From a virus (Duplodnaviria > Caudoviricetes): DNA of 64,000 nt. Positions 63,980 to 64,000 of this stretch are shown here, in pieces. Under the pieces are notes generated by a model. That model was given only the letters and a program-made list of their open reading frames with translations, had not been told where the DNA came from and did no database searches. How positions within the stretch are numbered: the first letter of the stretch is position 1; every line of letters begins with the position of its first letter. Where the stretch lies: IMG/VR virus record IMGVR_UViG_3300020050_009209. One strand, given 5' to 3'. The translations under genes and the position numbers were made by a program.

Positions 63980-64000
63980 GTGGACACCTCTTTCAAGTCT

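Noticed and set aside
1-64000. Alternative genetic code (stop-codon reassignment)
   Set aside because: Recognised enzymes are intact under code 11, and TAG, TGA and TAA all end genes at coupled junctions

Overview
This window looks like the accessory/early region of a large (probably jumbo-class) dsDNA bacteriophage. It holds about 130 mostly short, tightly packed ORFs in strand-coherent blocks, with no core structural or replication genes and no bacterial housekeeping genes. Recognisable products (all called by motif, no database search) are mostly nucleotide and RNA repair or anti-defence enzymes: RNA ligase, cyclic-phosphate receiver, RlaP-like nucleotidyltransferase, NUDIX, CYTH, metallophosphoesterase, SLOG, AlkB, NDT-like, ART-PolyVal, DUF262, HicA-like, HNH and an ABC-type ATPase, plus one canonical tRNA-Lys(UUU). 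Two features are not explained by the ORF track. (1) One ECF-like promoter motif, TTAA-N17/18-CGTA, occurs at least 43 times. In 31 cases an ATG lies exactly 9 nt downstream, in 12 cases its TAA is the stop codon of the previous gene, and one copy is exactly duplicated around a two-gene module, which suggests promoter-bounded gene cassettes. (2) There is a rich set of unannotated structured non-coding RNAs: a duplicated ~200-nt RNA with its own promoter and terminator, a duplicated covarying three-way-junction motif, three aberrant tRNA-like RNAs (one 233 nt long and ending in CCA) and a shared leader hairpin. A GC-rich 340-bp insert encoding a sigma70 region-4 HTH, flanked by a perfect 35-bp duplication, has recently split a phage gene.
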